The notes below the pieces were generated by a model. It saw only the letters and a program-made list of their open reading frames with translations, made no database searches and had not been told where the DNA came from. DNA of 64,000 bases from an uncultured Gemmatimonadaceae bacterium (GTDB taxonomy: Bacteria > Gemmatimonadota > Gemmatimonadetes > Gemmatimonadales > Gemmatimonadaceae), in the NCBI GenBank assembly GCA_963822945.1, contig CAWGJO010000024.1, positions 32,001-96,000 on the forward strand, read 5' to 3'. Shown one piece after another: positions 45,560 through 56,993 of this stretch (position 1 is its first letter; each line of letters begins with the position of its first letter). Made by a program: the position numbers and the translations under genes.

Positions 45560-46761
45560 CAGGCCGCCGCGTCGTCGAGTGCGGCCACGCCGGGAAGCGT
45601 CTTCCCTTCCAGAAATTCGAGCGAGGCGCCGCCGCCCGTGGACACGTGGCTCATCCGGGACGAGAGCCCCGCTTCCTCCACTGCTGCTGCCGAGTCGCCG
45701 CCGCCCACGATGGTCGTCGTCCCCCTGGCCGTGGCGTCCGCCATCGCCTGCGCCACCGCCCGGGTACCGGCGTCGAAGGGCGGGGTCTCGAACACGCCCA
45801 TCGGCCCGTTCCAGACGACGGTCTTGGCCGTCGCGATGGCGCGGGCGTAGGACTTGGCCGTGTCGGGGCCGATGTCGAGCATCGCTTCGGACGCCGGAAT
45901 GGCGTCGCGCTTCACGGCGTGGGCCTTGCCGGGTTCGTCGATGGACGGGGCGACGGTCGCATCGTGCGGCAGGATGAGGCGGGTGCCCGACCGTTCGATG
46001 AGTGCCCGCGCCATGTCCACGCGGTCGGGCTCGACGAGCGACTTGCCGGTTTCCAACCCCATCGCCTTGAAGAAGGTGCAGGCCATGGCTCCGCCCACGA
46101 GCAGCGCATCCACCTTCGGCAACAGTGCTTCGACCACGTCGATCTTCCCGGAGATCTTGCTGCCGCCGAGCACGGCGACGAATGGGCGTTTGGGCTGTGC
46201 CAGCGCGGTTCCGAGATACTGCAACTCCCGCTCCATCAGCAGCCCGGCTACCGCAGGCTTGAGAAAGCGGGCCACGGCTTCCGTGGAGCTGTGCGCCCGG
46301 TGCGCGCTCCCGAAGGCGTCGTTCACGTAGAAGTCGCCGAGCTCCGCCATCTGGCGGGCCAGCTCCTCGTCGTTCTTCTCCTCGCCCGGCAGGAACCGCG
46401 TGTTCTGCAGCAGCACCACGTCCGCATCCGCATCGCGCGTCGCGGCGATGGCTTCGGGCCCCACCGTGGCATCGACGAACTTCACGCGCCGCGCGGGGAG
46501 CAGTTTGGCGAGGCGGGCGACCACCGGGGCCAGCGAGTACTTCGCATCGACCTTCCCCTTGGGGCGCCCCAGATGCGACAGGAGCACCACGCGCGCGCCG
46601 CGATCGAGGAGGAGTTCGATGGTAGGGAGCGCGGCCCGGATGCGGGTGTCGTCGGTGACCTGACCCTGGTCATCGAGCGGCACGTTGAAGTCCACGCGCA
46701 CGAGCGCGCGACGCCCGCGCACCTGGGAGTCCTGCAGGTCGCGTACCGATTGCTTGGTCAT
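45559..46761 (-). CDS. pgk: Phosphoglycerate kinase
   Basis: [33 protein letters not shown]. Confidence 0.98.
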   Translation of the reverse strand: MTKQSVRDLQDSQVRGRRALVRVDFNVPLDDQGQVTDDTRIRAALPTIELLLDRGARVVLLSHLGRPKGKVDAKYSLAPVVARLAKLLPARRVKFVDATVGPEAIAATRDADADVVLLQNTRFLPGEEKNDEELARQMAELGDFYVNDAFGSAHRAHSSTEAVARFLKPAVAGLLMERELQYLGTALAQPKRPFVAVLGGSKISGKIDVVEALLPKVDALLVGGAMACTFFKAMGLETGKSLVEPDRVDMARALIERSGTRLILPHDATVAPSIDEPGKAHAVKRDAIPASEAMLDIGPDTAKSYARAIATAKTVVWNGPMGVFETPPFDAGTRAVAQAMADATARGTTTIVGGGDSAAAVEEAGLSSRMSHVSTGGGASLEFLEGKTLPGVAALDDAAA

Positions 46762-46774
46762 CGGTGGGCGCCCC

Positions 46775-47797
<1,023 letters not shown>

Positions 47798-47803
47798 TCA
47801 GGG

Positions 47804-48535
47804 TCACCGGTCGCCCAGCGCCGGCGCCCGGCCGAATGTCACATAGCTGATGAGCCTTGCCCCCGCGGCATGCAACGCAGCGGCGCAGGCATTGAGCGTC
47901 GCGGCCGTCGTGACCACATCGTCCACCAGCACGACGTGCGACCGCCGCAGTGCGTTCCGTGCGGATTGCGGCACGTGGAACGCGCCTGAAACGTTCACTA
48001 GTCGCTGCTCCGGTGTCAATTGCGTTTGCGTGGCCGTGTGGCGCGTGCGCGTGAGCACGCCCGTCCAGACCGGCTGCATCCAGTGCCCGGCGAGCGCCCG
48101 GGCCAGCCGCTCGCTCTGATTGTACCCGCGTTCGCGGTGCCGCTGCTCGGCCAGCGGGACCGGGATCACCGCGGCGCGCTCTGCCACGACGTCGTCCGGC
48201 CAGTCCAGACGCGCCATCCGCTCGGCCATCCCACGCGCCACCGCGTGCCAGCCGTGGTACTTCAGCGCGTGGACGATGGGTTGCCCCGTGCCCCGGTGCA
48301 CCCAGCAAACCGAACGGACGGCGCGCACGTACGCCGGGAGCAGTTCGCACCAGTGGCAGACGCGGCGCGCTCTGGGATGTCCGCACCGGACGCACCGCGG
48401 CGCGGGAAGCACGGCCAGGCGGGTCCAGCACCGCCCGCACACGAGGCCGGGTTCCCCGTCGTCCAGCAGCCGGTTGCACGCCGCGCATGCCATCGGCACC
48501 AGCAGATCGCGCAGCGCCGCCACGCCCGCGCGCAC
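47804..48535 (-). CDS. comF: ComF family protein (Zn ribbon plus PRTase domain)
   Basis: Four CxxC motifs, RGYNQS, VLVDDVVTT. Start uncertain. Confidence 0.88.
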   Translation of the reverse strand: MRAGVAALRDLLVPMACAACNRLLDDGEPGLVCGRCWTRLAVLPAPRCVRCGHPRARRVCHWCELLPAYVRAVRSVCWVHRGTGQPIVHALKYHGWHAVARGMAERMARLDWPDDVVAERAAVIPVPLAEQRHRERGYNQSERLARALAGHWMQPVWTGVLTRTRHTATQTQLTPEQRLVNVSGAFHVPQSARNALRRSHVVLVDDVVTTAATLNACAAALHAAGARLISYVTFGRAPALGDR

Positions 48536-48543
48536 CTCCGCGG

Positions 48544-49359
48544 TCAGTCTGCCTGGCGGAGCGCCTCCCACATCACGCCCCGGTCGGGCATGATCCCGAA
48601 CCAACGCGCGAACGCGTGCGCCCCCTGCCCCACGAGCATGGTGAGTCCATCGGTGGCGCGAAGGCCCCGCTGCCGAGCGGCGCGCACCAGTGGCGTGCCG
48701 CCGCGGCGGTAGACGAGGTCCACCACCGTGGCTGTGGGGTCGAGCCGCTGGACGGGAAAGGCAAGGGCGTCATCGTACAGGCCGAGCGATGTGGCGTTGA
48801 CCGCGAGCGCGGCACCGGCAAGTGCCTGCTCCGCGGTGGGAACGGCGGTCGCCACCGCGGCGAATCGCTCGGCGAGCGCCTCGGCGCGGGCGGCGGTTCG
48901 ATTGTACAGCCGGACGCGGCAACCTCCCCATCGTTCCATTGCGGCCAGCACCCCGGCGGCGGCCCCCCCGGCGCCGATGAGGCCCACGTCGATGCCGGAA
49001 GGACTCGATCCGAGCAGCGCCGCGACGGCCTCGTCGAATCCGTCGACGTCCGTGTTGTCGCCGACGAGCCTCCCGTCCGAGGTCCAGAACGTGTTCACGG
49101 CCCCGGTTCGTTCTGCGGCGGGCATCCGCACGTCGCAGCGCCGCGCGACGCGCGCCTTGTGCGGAATGGTGACGTTCCCGGCCGCCTGGCCGGCGACGAG
49201 CGCGTCGAGCGTCGCGTCCAGGGCCTCGGGGGTCACGTCGAGCGCCTCGTACCGAAGCGAGATGCCGGCGGCCCGGAGCGCGGCGTTCTGCATGCGGGGC
49301 GAGAGCGAATGGGCGACGGGGTGTCCGACCAGCACCAGGCGGCGCGGCGGCGCGCTCAC
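48544..49359 (-). CDS. aroE: Shikimate dehydrogenase
   Basis: HSLSP, NVTIPHK, GAVNT, NTD, GAGGAA, MLVGQG. Confidence 0.95.
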   Translation of the reverse strand: MSAPPRRLVLVGHPVAHSLSPRMQNAALRAAGISLRYEALDVTPEALDATLDALVAGQAAGNVTIPHKARVARRCDVRMPAAERTGAVNTFWTSDGRLVGDNTDVDGFDEAVAALLGSSPSGIDVGLIGAGGAAAGVLAAMERWGGCRVRLYNRTAARAEALAERFAAVATAVPTAEQALAGAALAVNATSLGLYDDALAFPVQRLDPTATVVDLVYRRGGTPLVRAARQRGLRATDGLTMLVGQGAHAFARWFGIMPDRGVMWEALRQAD

Positions 49360-49832
49360 GCCCCCGGTCCGTCCGGCCGGCGTTCGGCGGCGATGCGCTC
49401 GATCACCAGGCGTACGTCGCGCTCCAGTTCGTCCATCGTGGCGCGGTACACGTCGAGTTCGCCGCCCATGGGATCGTTGATGGGGTGTACGTTCGTGCCG
49501 CGCGACGCGAAGGCGGTGAGCAGGTACGATTTGCCCTCGCCGCCCAACGCCTCGATGCGTTCCAGGTGGTGCGGCCCCATGGCCAGAATGAGGTCGGCGG
49601 TAGACACGAGGTCCCGGCTAAGTTGGCGCGAGCGGTGCGGGTTCAGGTCGAGGCCGCGTTCGAGCCCGACGAGCAGCGCGCCGTCGGAGGCAGAGGCGCC
49701 TTCCCACGCGCTCGTGCCGGCGCTCGACGCCTCGATGTCGGGCAGGCCGCGTTCGATGCAGACCTTGCGCGCGATCGCTTCGGCGAGGGGGCTCCGGCAG
49801 GTGTTGCCGGTACACACGAACAGGACGCGCAT
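49356..49832 (-). CDS. Low-molecular-weight phosphatase (YwlE-like protein-arginine phosphatase candidate)
   Basis: FVCTGNTCRSP P-loop, SSAG, INDPMGG. Confidence 0.88.
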   Translation of the reverse strand: MRVLFVCTGNTCRSPLAEAIARKVCIERGLPDIEASSAGTSAWEGASASDGALLVGLERGLDLNPHRSRQLSRDLVSTADLILAMGPHHLERIEALGGEGKSYLLTAFASRGTNVHPINDPMGGELDVYRATMDELERDVRLVIERIAAERRPDGPGA

Positions 49833-49835
49833 GCG

Positions 49836-50507
49836 CTACGCGTCTCCGATGAGTGTTGGAACACTCTCACGGAGCACACGCGCCGGGATGGCGCCGGGAC
49901 GAATCACTCGGGGATGACGACCCATGCAATCGACGACGGTAGAGGGGCGCGATGGTGCGAGGCGGCCGCCGTCGAGCACGCGGAGGGCGCCGCGGGCCAC
50001 GGCTTCCGGCCACTGTTCAAGAATCTCCCCTGCGGTCATCGCCGGCGGAACCCCCGGCCGGTTGGCGCTGGTGGACGTGATCGCATCGCCGTGGGCCTGT
50101 ATGAGCCGCGCCAGCGCGGGGTGGCTGGTCCACCGCACCGCCACACCACCCTCGGGCCCGCGCAGCTGCGGGGGCACGCGCCGCTCGCCGCCCGGCAGCA
50201 CCAGCGTGAGCGGGCCGGGCCAGTGGCGCGCCACGAGATTGGCGGCGTAGCTCGGCATGTGCAGGTCGAGACGGGCGAGGGTCTCGCTCCCGTCCACCAG
50301 CAGGAGGAAGGGCTTGCCGGGCGGCCGGCGCTTGAGCGTGATGAGCGCATGCACCGACTCGCGATCGATGGCCCCGCCGAATCCGTAGACGGTTTCCGTG
50401 GGATAGGCGAGCACCCGGCGCCGTTCCATCTGATCGAGCGCCGGCCGCAGCGCCGCTTCGACCTCCTCCGCGGACCAGAACGGATAGCTGAGGACGTCGC
50501 GTCTCAT
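49836..50507 (-). CDS. tsaC: Threonylcarbamoyl-AMP synthase (TsaC/Sua5 family)
   Basis: YPTETVYG, LKRR, WPGPLT, STSAN, PSTVVD. Confidence 0.92.
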   Translation of the reverse strand: MRRDVLSYPFWSAEEVEAALRPALDQMERRRVLAYPTETVYGFGGAIDRESVHALITLKRRPPGKPFLLLVDGSETLARLDLHMPSYAANLVARHWPGPLTLVLPGGERRVPPQLRGPEGGVAVRWTSHPALARLIQAHGDAITSTSANRPGVPPAMTAGEILEQWPEAVARGALRVLDGGRLAPSRPSTVVDCMGRHPRVIRPGAIPARVLRESVPTLIGDA

Positions 50508-51196
50508 GGCTGCAGGGGAAAGAGCGCCTCCGCCCGGGCGAAATCGGCTTCCTCGGTGATCTTCATGGCGCGCTCCTCGCCGCGCACGATGGTCACCGGA
50601 ATTCCCAGCGTCTCGCACAGGGCCGCGTCGTCGGTGGCATGCAGCTTCCGCGTCCGCGCCTCGCGATGCACGTGCACGATCATCTCGCGCGGAAAGCCCT
50701 GCGGCGTCTGCGCGCGCCAGAGGTGGGTCCGATCCACCGTGCGCACGACATCCAGCTCGGGGCCCACTTCCTTGAGCGTGTCGACCACGGGCAGCGCGGC
50801 GACGGTGGCGCGGCCAGTGTCGACACCGGCGATCACGCGGTCGATGGTCGCCGTATCGACGAACGGGCGAGCTGCGTCGTGAATGAGCACGACCTGCGCT
50901 TCGTCGGCCAGATCGTCGAGCCCGTTGGACACCGATTCGGTGCGCGTGCGCCCGCCGTCGGCCACCAGCAGACGGTCCACGTCGCACTGGAAGATCCAGG
51001 GCGGCGGATCGCCCGCGTACTGTCGCGGCAGCACGCACACCACGGCGACCACGCGCGGATGCGCCATGAACGTCTGCAGCGAATGCAGCAGCATCGGCTT
51101 GCCGGCAATCCACCGGAACTGCTTGAGTTCGCTGCCGCCCACGCGCGTACCGCCGCCCGCGGCCACGATCACCACGCCCACGTTGCGTTCGCTCAT
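50504..51196 (-). CDS. ispD: 2-C-methyl-D-erythritol 4-phosphate cytidylyltransferase
   Basis: AAGGGTR, IHDAARP, AQTPQGF, TDDA, KITE. Confidence 0.96.
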   Translation of the reverse strand: MSERNVGVVIVAAGGGTRVGGSELKQFRWIAGKPMLLHSLQTFMAHPRVVAVVCVLPRQYAGDPPPWIFQCDVDRLLVADGGRTRTESVSNGLDDLADEAQVVLIHDAARPFVDTATIDRVIAGVDTGRATVAALPVVDTLKEVGPELDVVRTVDRTHLWRAQTPQGFPREMIVHVHREARTRKLHATDDAALCETLGIPVTIVRGEERAMKITEEADFARAEALFPLQP

Positions 51197-52590
51197 GGGA
51201 ACAGCCTGCCGAATAGGTCCTGCACGGTGCGCACGCCGACAGTCTGGACCTTCGCGTTGCGCCGCTTGGGCACTCCCCGCTCGGCAAGATACACGCGCGC
51301 GACGCCCTGGTTGGCCGCCTCGGCAATGCGCCGCTCGGCCTGCGACACGGGGCGCACCTCGCCCCCGAGCCCGACCTCGCCAAGAAAGAGGACATCGGGC
51401 GGCAGCGCCACATCCTGCACGCTCGACGCCAGCGCGGCGGCCACTGCGAGATCGCCGGCCGGCTCCTGCAGTCGCATGCCCCCGACCACGTTCACGAACA
51501 CGTCGAGCTGCGCGAACGAGAGACCGGCGCGCTTGTCGAGCACGGCGAGCAGGAGGGCCAGCCGGCGTCCGTCGAGGCCGGTGCTCACCCGCTGCGGCGT
51601 GCCGAAGCCGGCCCGGGTGGCGAGGGCCTGGATCTCGAGCAGCATGGGGCGCGACCCTTCGAGCAGCGCGGTGAGGGCGCTGCCCGACGCCGATGCGTTG
51701 CGGTCGCCGAGGAACAGTTCCGACGGATTGGCCACCGGCTCCAGCCCCTGCTCCGTCATGCGAAACACGCCGATCTCGTCCACGCTCCCGAACCGGTTCT
51801 TCGTGGCCCGGAGCACGCGATGGTCGAGCGTTGCGTCGCCCTCGAAGTAGAGCACGGTGTCCACGATGTGTTCGAGGGTCTTGGGCCCCGCGATGCCGCC
51901 GCCCTTGGTCACATGCCCCACCACCATCACCGCCGTGCCGCTCTCCTTGGCGAACCGCATGAGGCGGGCCGCGCACTCTCTCACCTGGCCCACGTTGCCG
52001 GGGGCGCCCTCGAGATCGGCGGTGAACAGCGTCTGGATGGAGTCCACGACGAGCAGCGCCGGCCGTCGCTCGGCGGCGGTTGCGATCACGGTTTCCAGGT
52101 TGGTCTCGGCAAGCAACGGCACCTCCGCCGCCGCGCCGCCAAGCCGATCGGCGCGCAGCTTCACCTGCAACGGCGATTCCTCACCGGACGCGTACAGCGT
52201 GGCGCGGCCCGGCGCTTCGAGCCGGGCCGCGACCTGCAGCAGCAGCGTGGACTTGCCGATGCCCGGTTCCCCGCCCACCAGCACCATCGATCCGGGCACG
52301 AGCCCGCCGCCGAGGACGAAGTCGAATTCGTCGAGCTGGGTGGGCCACCGCTCCGTTGCCCCGCCCTTCACCTCGCGGAGCCGGGGCGCCGCCGCCACGC
52401 TGCCACCTTCCCCGAGTGCCGAGGCACCCCGGATGCGGCGCTGGGCGGCGGATCGGGGCGCCGTCTTGAAGCCCACGGGTTCCTCGACGAGGGTGTTCCA
52501 CTCGCCGCACCCGTCGCAGCGGCCGGCCCACTTGGCATGCTCGGCCCCGCATTCGGTGCACCGATACACCGTTTTGGCTTTGGGACTCAC
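51193..52590 (-). CDS. radA: DNA repair protein RadA/Sms
   Basis: CTECG...CDGC, GEPGIGKST, KNRFG. Confidence 0.97.
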   Translation of the reverse strand: MSPKAKTVYRCTECGAEHAKWAGRCDGCGEWNTLVEEPVGFKTAPRSAAQRRIRGASALGEGGSVAAAPRLREVKGGATERWPTQLDEFDFVLGGGLVPGSMVLVGGEPGIGKSTLLLQVAARLEAPGRATLYASGEESPLQVKLRADRLGGAAAEVPLLAETNLETVIATAAERRPALLVVDSIQTLFTADLEGAPGNVGQVRECAARLMRFAKESGTAVMVVGHVTKGGGIAGPKTLEHIVDTVLYFEGDATLDHRVLRATKNRFGSVDEIGVFRMTEQGLEPVANPSELFLGDRNASASGSALTALLEGSRPMLLEIQALATRAGFGTPQRVSTGLDGRRLALLLAVLDKRAGLSFAQLDVFVNVVGGMRLQEPAGDLAVAAALASSVQDVALPPDVLFLGEVGLGGEVRPVSQAERRIAEAANQGVARVYLAERGVPKRRNAKVQTVGVRTVQDLFGRLFP

Positions 52591-53993
52591 GAGCCCGTGG
52601 CGCGCTGCGTGTAGTTCTCGAACCGCGTGTAGTGCTTGTGGAAATACAGGTTCACGATGCCCGTGGGGCCGTTGCGCTGTTTGCCCACGATGATCTCCGC
52701 CTTGCCTTCGAGCGAATTGCCGTCCTTGTCCGTCGGACCGTCGTAGAACTCCTGCCGGTACAGGAACATGATAAGGTCGGCGTCCTGCTCGATGGCACCG
52801 GATTCACGCAGATCGGACAATTGTGGCCGCTTGTTCTCGCCGGTCCGGAGCTCGGGCGCGCGCGACAACTGCGAGAGCGCGACCACCGGCACCGACAACT
52901 CCTTGGCCAGCGCCTTGAGGCCGCGCGAGATCTGACTCACTTCCTGCTGCCGGCTCTCGGCGTTGGCCGGTCCGGTCATCAGCTGCAGGTAGTCGACGAT
53001 CACGAGCCCGACGTTGGCGTCCACCTTCAGGCGCCGCGCCTTGGAGCGCATTTCGAGCAGCGAGAGCCCCGGCGTGTCGTCGATCCAAATGGGCGCGGAG
53101 CTGAGAATGCCGGCGGCGCGCGCGAGGCGCGGCAGATCGTCGTCGCGGAGGGTGGCCTTCCGGAGGCGCTGCGCATCCACGCGGGCCTCGCTGGTGAGCA
53201 GGCGCTGCACGAGCGCCTCCTTGCTCATTTCCAGCGAGAAGAAGGCGACCGGCAGGTTGTGCTCGATGGCGGCGTGCTGGGCGATGTTCAGGGTCAGCGC
53301 GGTCTTTCCCATGGACGGCCGGGCGGCAACGATGATCAGGTCGGCGGGCTGGAAGCCCGACGTGATCTCGTCGAGGTCGGTGAAGCCGCTGGCCACGCCG
53401 GTGATCGTCTTTCCGCCGCGCTGAAGCGCTTCGATGCGCTCCATGGCGGGCCACATCAGCTCCTTGATGCGCGTGAACCCTTCGTTCTGCCGCTGCTGGC
53501 TCACCTGGAAGATGCGCGACTCGGCGACGTCGAGCAGTTCGGCCGCCGAGTGCTGTCCGGCAAAGGCGTCGGTGACGATGCCCGTGGACACCTGGATCAG
53601 CGACCGGAGGAGCGCCTTCTCGCGGACGATCTTGGCGTGGTACTCGACGTTGGCCGCGGTGGGGACGGCATCGACGAGAAACCCGATGTACTCCTTGCCG
53701 CCGGCGGCGTCGAGTTCTCCGCGTCGGCCGAGTTGCTCGGACAGCGTCAGCGGATCGACCACCGACCCCTGTTGGGCCACGGCCGCCATGGCGCGGAAGA
53801 TGCGCCGGTTGCGCTCGGAGTAGAACATCGAGTCGTCCAGCGTCTCCAGGGCGCGCAGAATCGCGTCCTGGTCCATGAGCATGGCGGAGAGGACGGCTAC
53901 TTCGGCGTCTTCCGAGTACGGCGGTTGCCGGTCACGGAAGACGTCACCCACGAGCGCGGGCGGCGTCGAGTATTCGGCGGGCAAGCTGGACAT
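52587..53993 (-). CDS. dnaB: Replicative DNA helicase
   Basis: ARPSMGKT, VDYLQL, LSDLRESGAIEQDAD, KQRNGP. Confidence 0.98.
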   Translation of the reverse strand: MSSLPAEYSTPPALVGDVFRDRQPPYSEDAEVAVLSAMLMDQDAILRALETLDDSMFYSERNRRIFRAMAAVAQQGSVVDPLTLSEQLGRRGELDAAGGKEYIGFLVDAVPTAANVEYHAKIVREKALLRSLIQVSTGIVTDAFAGQHSAAELLDVAESRIFQVSQQRQNEGFTRIKELMWPAMERIEALQRGGKTITGVASGFTDLDEITSGFQPADLIIVAARPSMGKTALTLNIAQHAAIEHNLPVAFFSLEMSKEALVQRLLTSEARVDAQRLRKATLRDDDLPRLARAAGILSSAPIWIDDTPGLSLLEMRSKARRLKVDANVGLVIVDYLQLMTGPANAESRQQEVSQISRGLKALAKELSVPVVALSQLSRAPELRTGENKRPQLSDLRESGAIEQDADLIMFLYRQEFYDGPTDKDGNSLEGKAEIIVGKQRNGPTGIVNLYFHKHYTRFENYTQRATGS

Positions 53994-54874
53994 CTTCCCA
54001 GGTAGGACGCTTCCAAGAGGGGTTTCGGAGCAACGCGGCGGGGTGATACGTGACGATCAGCGGCACGCCGTAGTATCGATGAACCTGTCCCCGAAGCTTG
54101 CCGATTGTAAGCTTGGTTTCAAGGAGCGTCTGGGCGGCGAACAGTCCCATGGCCAGAATGACCTTGGGGCGGATGAGTTCGATCTGCCGGATGAGATAGG
54201 GGCTGCACGCCTTCACTTCGTCGGGCAGCGGGTTGCGATTCCCCGGCGGGCGGTGCTTGAGCACGTTGCCGATGAACACGTCCTCGCGCTTGAGGTCGAT
54301 GGCGGCGAGGATCTTGGTGAGGAGCTGGCCGGCCTGCCCCACGAACGGACGCCCCGTCTCGTCTTCCTTGGCGCCGGGCGCTTCGCCGACGCACATGAAA
54401 TCCGCGTCGGGATTTCCCTCGCCGGGCACGGGGTTCGCGGCGCCCTTGTGCAGCGTGCACTTGGTGCACGCCGCGACGGCGGCGGCGATCTCGTCGAGCG
54501 TGTTGAACCGGGGCTGGTCGCCGCCGAACAGGTCGCGCGAGGCCGTGCCGACGACGAGCCCGTCGGGGGCGGTGCCCGTGGGGGCGGGAGCGGCCGGTTT
54601 CCGCTCACGCTTCGGTGGCGCGGGTTCAGGCGGCGGTTCGGGTGCAGGCGGAGCCGGCGCGGGGGGCTCGGCTTGCCCGCGCGCCGGCCTGGTGGCGGCG
54701 GCGTCCGGCGCCGCGCCCGCATCCTGCAACGCACGCCGCCAATCGGCCGGCCGCCGACGCGGCGCCCAGCACGCGCATCGCGTCTTCCACCGACAGGCCG
54801 TCGAGCACGAGCTCCGACTCTCCGAGTTCGCGGCGCTGCTCGAGATAGCGCCGCAGCTGCTCCCTAGCGTCCAT
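53944..54874 (-). CDS. Family-4 (Fe-S) uracil-DNA glycosylase with N-terminal extension (apparent +1 indel near 54748)
   Basis: CTKC, VGEAPG, HRPPGNR, YHPAALLR. N-terminus [13 protein letters not shown] lies in the adjacent frame; span is 3n+1. Confidence 0.9.
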
Positions 54875-56085
54875 GCAACATGCCCTCCACGTGGTCGAGA
54901 ATAGCATCGGCCACGGCGGGCTTCAGCATCAATTCGAGGCGGGTCTCACCTCCATCGCGATCGAGCAGCGTCACCCGGTTGGTGTCCACCCCGAACCCGG
55001 CGCCCGGTTCGGTCGCGTCGTTGACGACGATCAGGTCGAGTCCCTTCGCCTCGAGTTTGGCACGCGCATGCGCCACGGGGTCGTCGGTTTCGAGCGCGAA
55101 TCCCACGACGACCGTTCCCGGCCGGCGGGCATCGCGTGTGGAGGCGAGGATGTCGACGGTGAACGCCAGGTCGAGCGTGGGGGGCTGCGCGCCCTTCTTG
55201 ATCTTGGACGTCGTCGCTCGCACCGGCGTGAAGTCGGCGGGGGCGGCGGCCATGATCAGCACGTCGGCGTTGGGCAACGCGGCGCGCACGGCCTCGGCCA
55301 TCTGCGCCGTGGTCTCGACCGCCGTATGCCTCGGGCCTACCGGCGGCGCCACCGCGAGCGGGCCGGCAATCGAGATCCACCTCGGCCCCACGCCGCCAGG
55401 CGGCGGCGGCGAGCGCCACCCCCATCTTGCCGCTGCTGTGGTTGGAGATGAAGCGGACCGGATCGATCGGTTCGCGCGTCGGACCCGCCGATACGACCAC
55501 GCGGCGTCCGGCCAGCGGCCCACCGGGCTCGAGCAGCCGTCCGACGTGGGCGAAGATCGTTTCCGGCTCCGGCATGCGTCCGGGGCCGCTGCCTTCACCG
55601 GCGGCCAGCAGCCCTTCATCGGGTGGGAGAATCCGGTAGCCCAGTTCGGACAGGTGCTGGACGTTGCGCTGTGTCTGGGGGTGCGCCCACATCCGGTCGT
55701 TCATGGCTGGCACGAGGAGCACGGGACAACTGGCGGCGAGCAGGCAGGCGGTAAGCAGGTCGTCGGCCTGCCCGGTGGCCGCCCGCGCCATGAAGTCGGC
55801 GGTGGCCGGAGCCACCACGAGGACATCGGCGGCGCGCGCCAGCGTGATGTGCTCCAGGGCGTGGCCCGGGTCGAAGAGCCCGGCGTGTACCGACCGGCCG
55901 GTGAGCGCTTCGAAGGTGATCGGTCCCACGAACTCGGTGGCCGCGCGGGTCATGACGACCTCGACGTCGGCGCCCGCTTTCGTGAGCAGGCGCGCCAACC
56001 AGGCAGACTTGTAGCTGGCGATTCCGCCGGTGACACCGAGCAGAACGCGACGCGACGCGTAGGGCCGAGTGGGCGCGAGACTCAT
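54864..56085 (-). CDS. coaBC: Bifunctional PPC decarboxylase/synthetase (apparent +1 indel near 55371)
   Basis: [29 protein letters not shown], then AAAPADF, VGFALET and LIVVND in the second frame. Confidence 0.95.
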
Positions 56086-56130
56086 GCGACTCGAGACGAG
56101 GGCGGGCGTGGGCCCGCGGCGAATCGCAGG

Positions 56131-56340
56131 CTACTCGCCGCGGGGGCGCGGCACGACGCGGTAGTTCAGATCGCCGCTCGCCAGTTCTTCCATGGCGCGC
56201 GTGGTCAGCTTCTTCTCACCCATCGCCGACCGGTCGCGCGGGAACTCGTTGAGCACGCGCGCATACTTGGCCGCGACGAGCACGCCGAGGTACTTGTTGG
56301 CCGCGTGCTGGGCGATCTCCCTGGGGGTAAACACTCGCAT
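56131..56340 (-). CDS. rpoZ: RNA polymerase omega subunit
   Basis: NKYLGVLVAAKYAR...KLTTRAMEELASG; gmk-rpoZ-coaBC synteny. Confidence 0.85.
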   Translation of the reverse strand: MRVFTPREIAQHAANKYLGVLVAAKYARVLNEFPRDRSAMGEKKLTTRAMEELASGDLNYRVVPRPRGE

Positions 56341-56351
56341 GGTTCGTTCCG

Positions 56352-56993
56352 TCAGAGGGTATGATTTTCGATCTCACGTTCCAGCCGGTCGATCAGCTGC
56401 GTCACCTGGTGTCGCAGGTTGGCCACCCGATCGCGACTGGCTACTTCGGCATCGATGATCGACGACACGAGGCCCACCGCTTCCTCGAGCGCGTCGTTCA
56501 CCACCACGTACTGATACTCGTCCACGGCCTGCAGTTCCTGCAGCGCCGACTGCAACCGCGCCACCACCTGGGCGCCGCTCTCGGTGTCCCGGTCGCGCAG
56601 CCGGTGCAACAGCACCTCACCCGACGGGGGCAGCACGAACACGCTCACCGATTGCGGGAAGGCGCGCCGGAACTGCAGCGCCCCCTGCACGTCGATGTCC
56701 ATGATGACGTGCCGTCCCGAGTCCAACACCCGATCCACTTCGGCCTGCAACGTACCATACAGGTTGCCGTGCACCTCGGCCGATTCCGCGAATTCCCCGC
56801 GTTCCTGCCGTTCGATGAAGTCGCGACGGGTGAGAAAATAGTAGTCCCGACCGTCCCGCTCCGCCCCACGCGGACTTCGCGTGGTACACGACACCGAATA
56901 TCCGACATCCGTTCGCCGAGCCAACAGCGCCCGGGCGATGGTGGTCTTTCCGCCACCCGAAGGCGCCGACAGAATCACCGGGAACGGATTCAT
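56352..56993 (-). CDS. gmk: Guanylate kinase
   Basis: APSGGGKTT, TTRSPR, DYYF, NLYGT, DIDVQG. Confidence 0.97.
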   Translation of the reverse strand: MNPFPVILSAPSGGGKTTIARALLARRTDVGYSVSCTTRSPRGAERDGRDYYFLTRRDFIERQERGEFAESAEVHGNLYGTLQAEVDRVLDSGRHVIMDIDVQGALQFRRAFPQSVSVFVLPPSGEVLLHRLRDRDTESGAQVVARLQSALQELQAVDEYQYVVVNDALEEAVGLVSSIIDAEVASRDRVANLRHQVTQLIDRLEREIENHTL

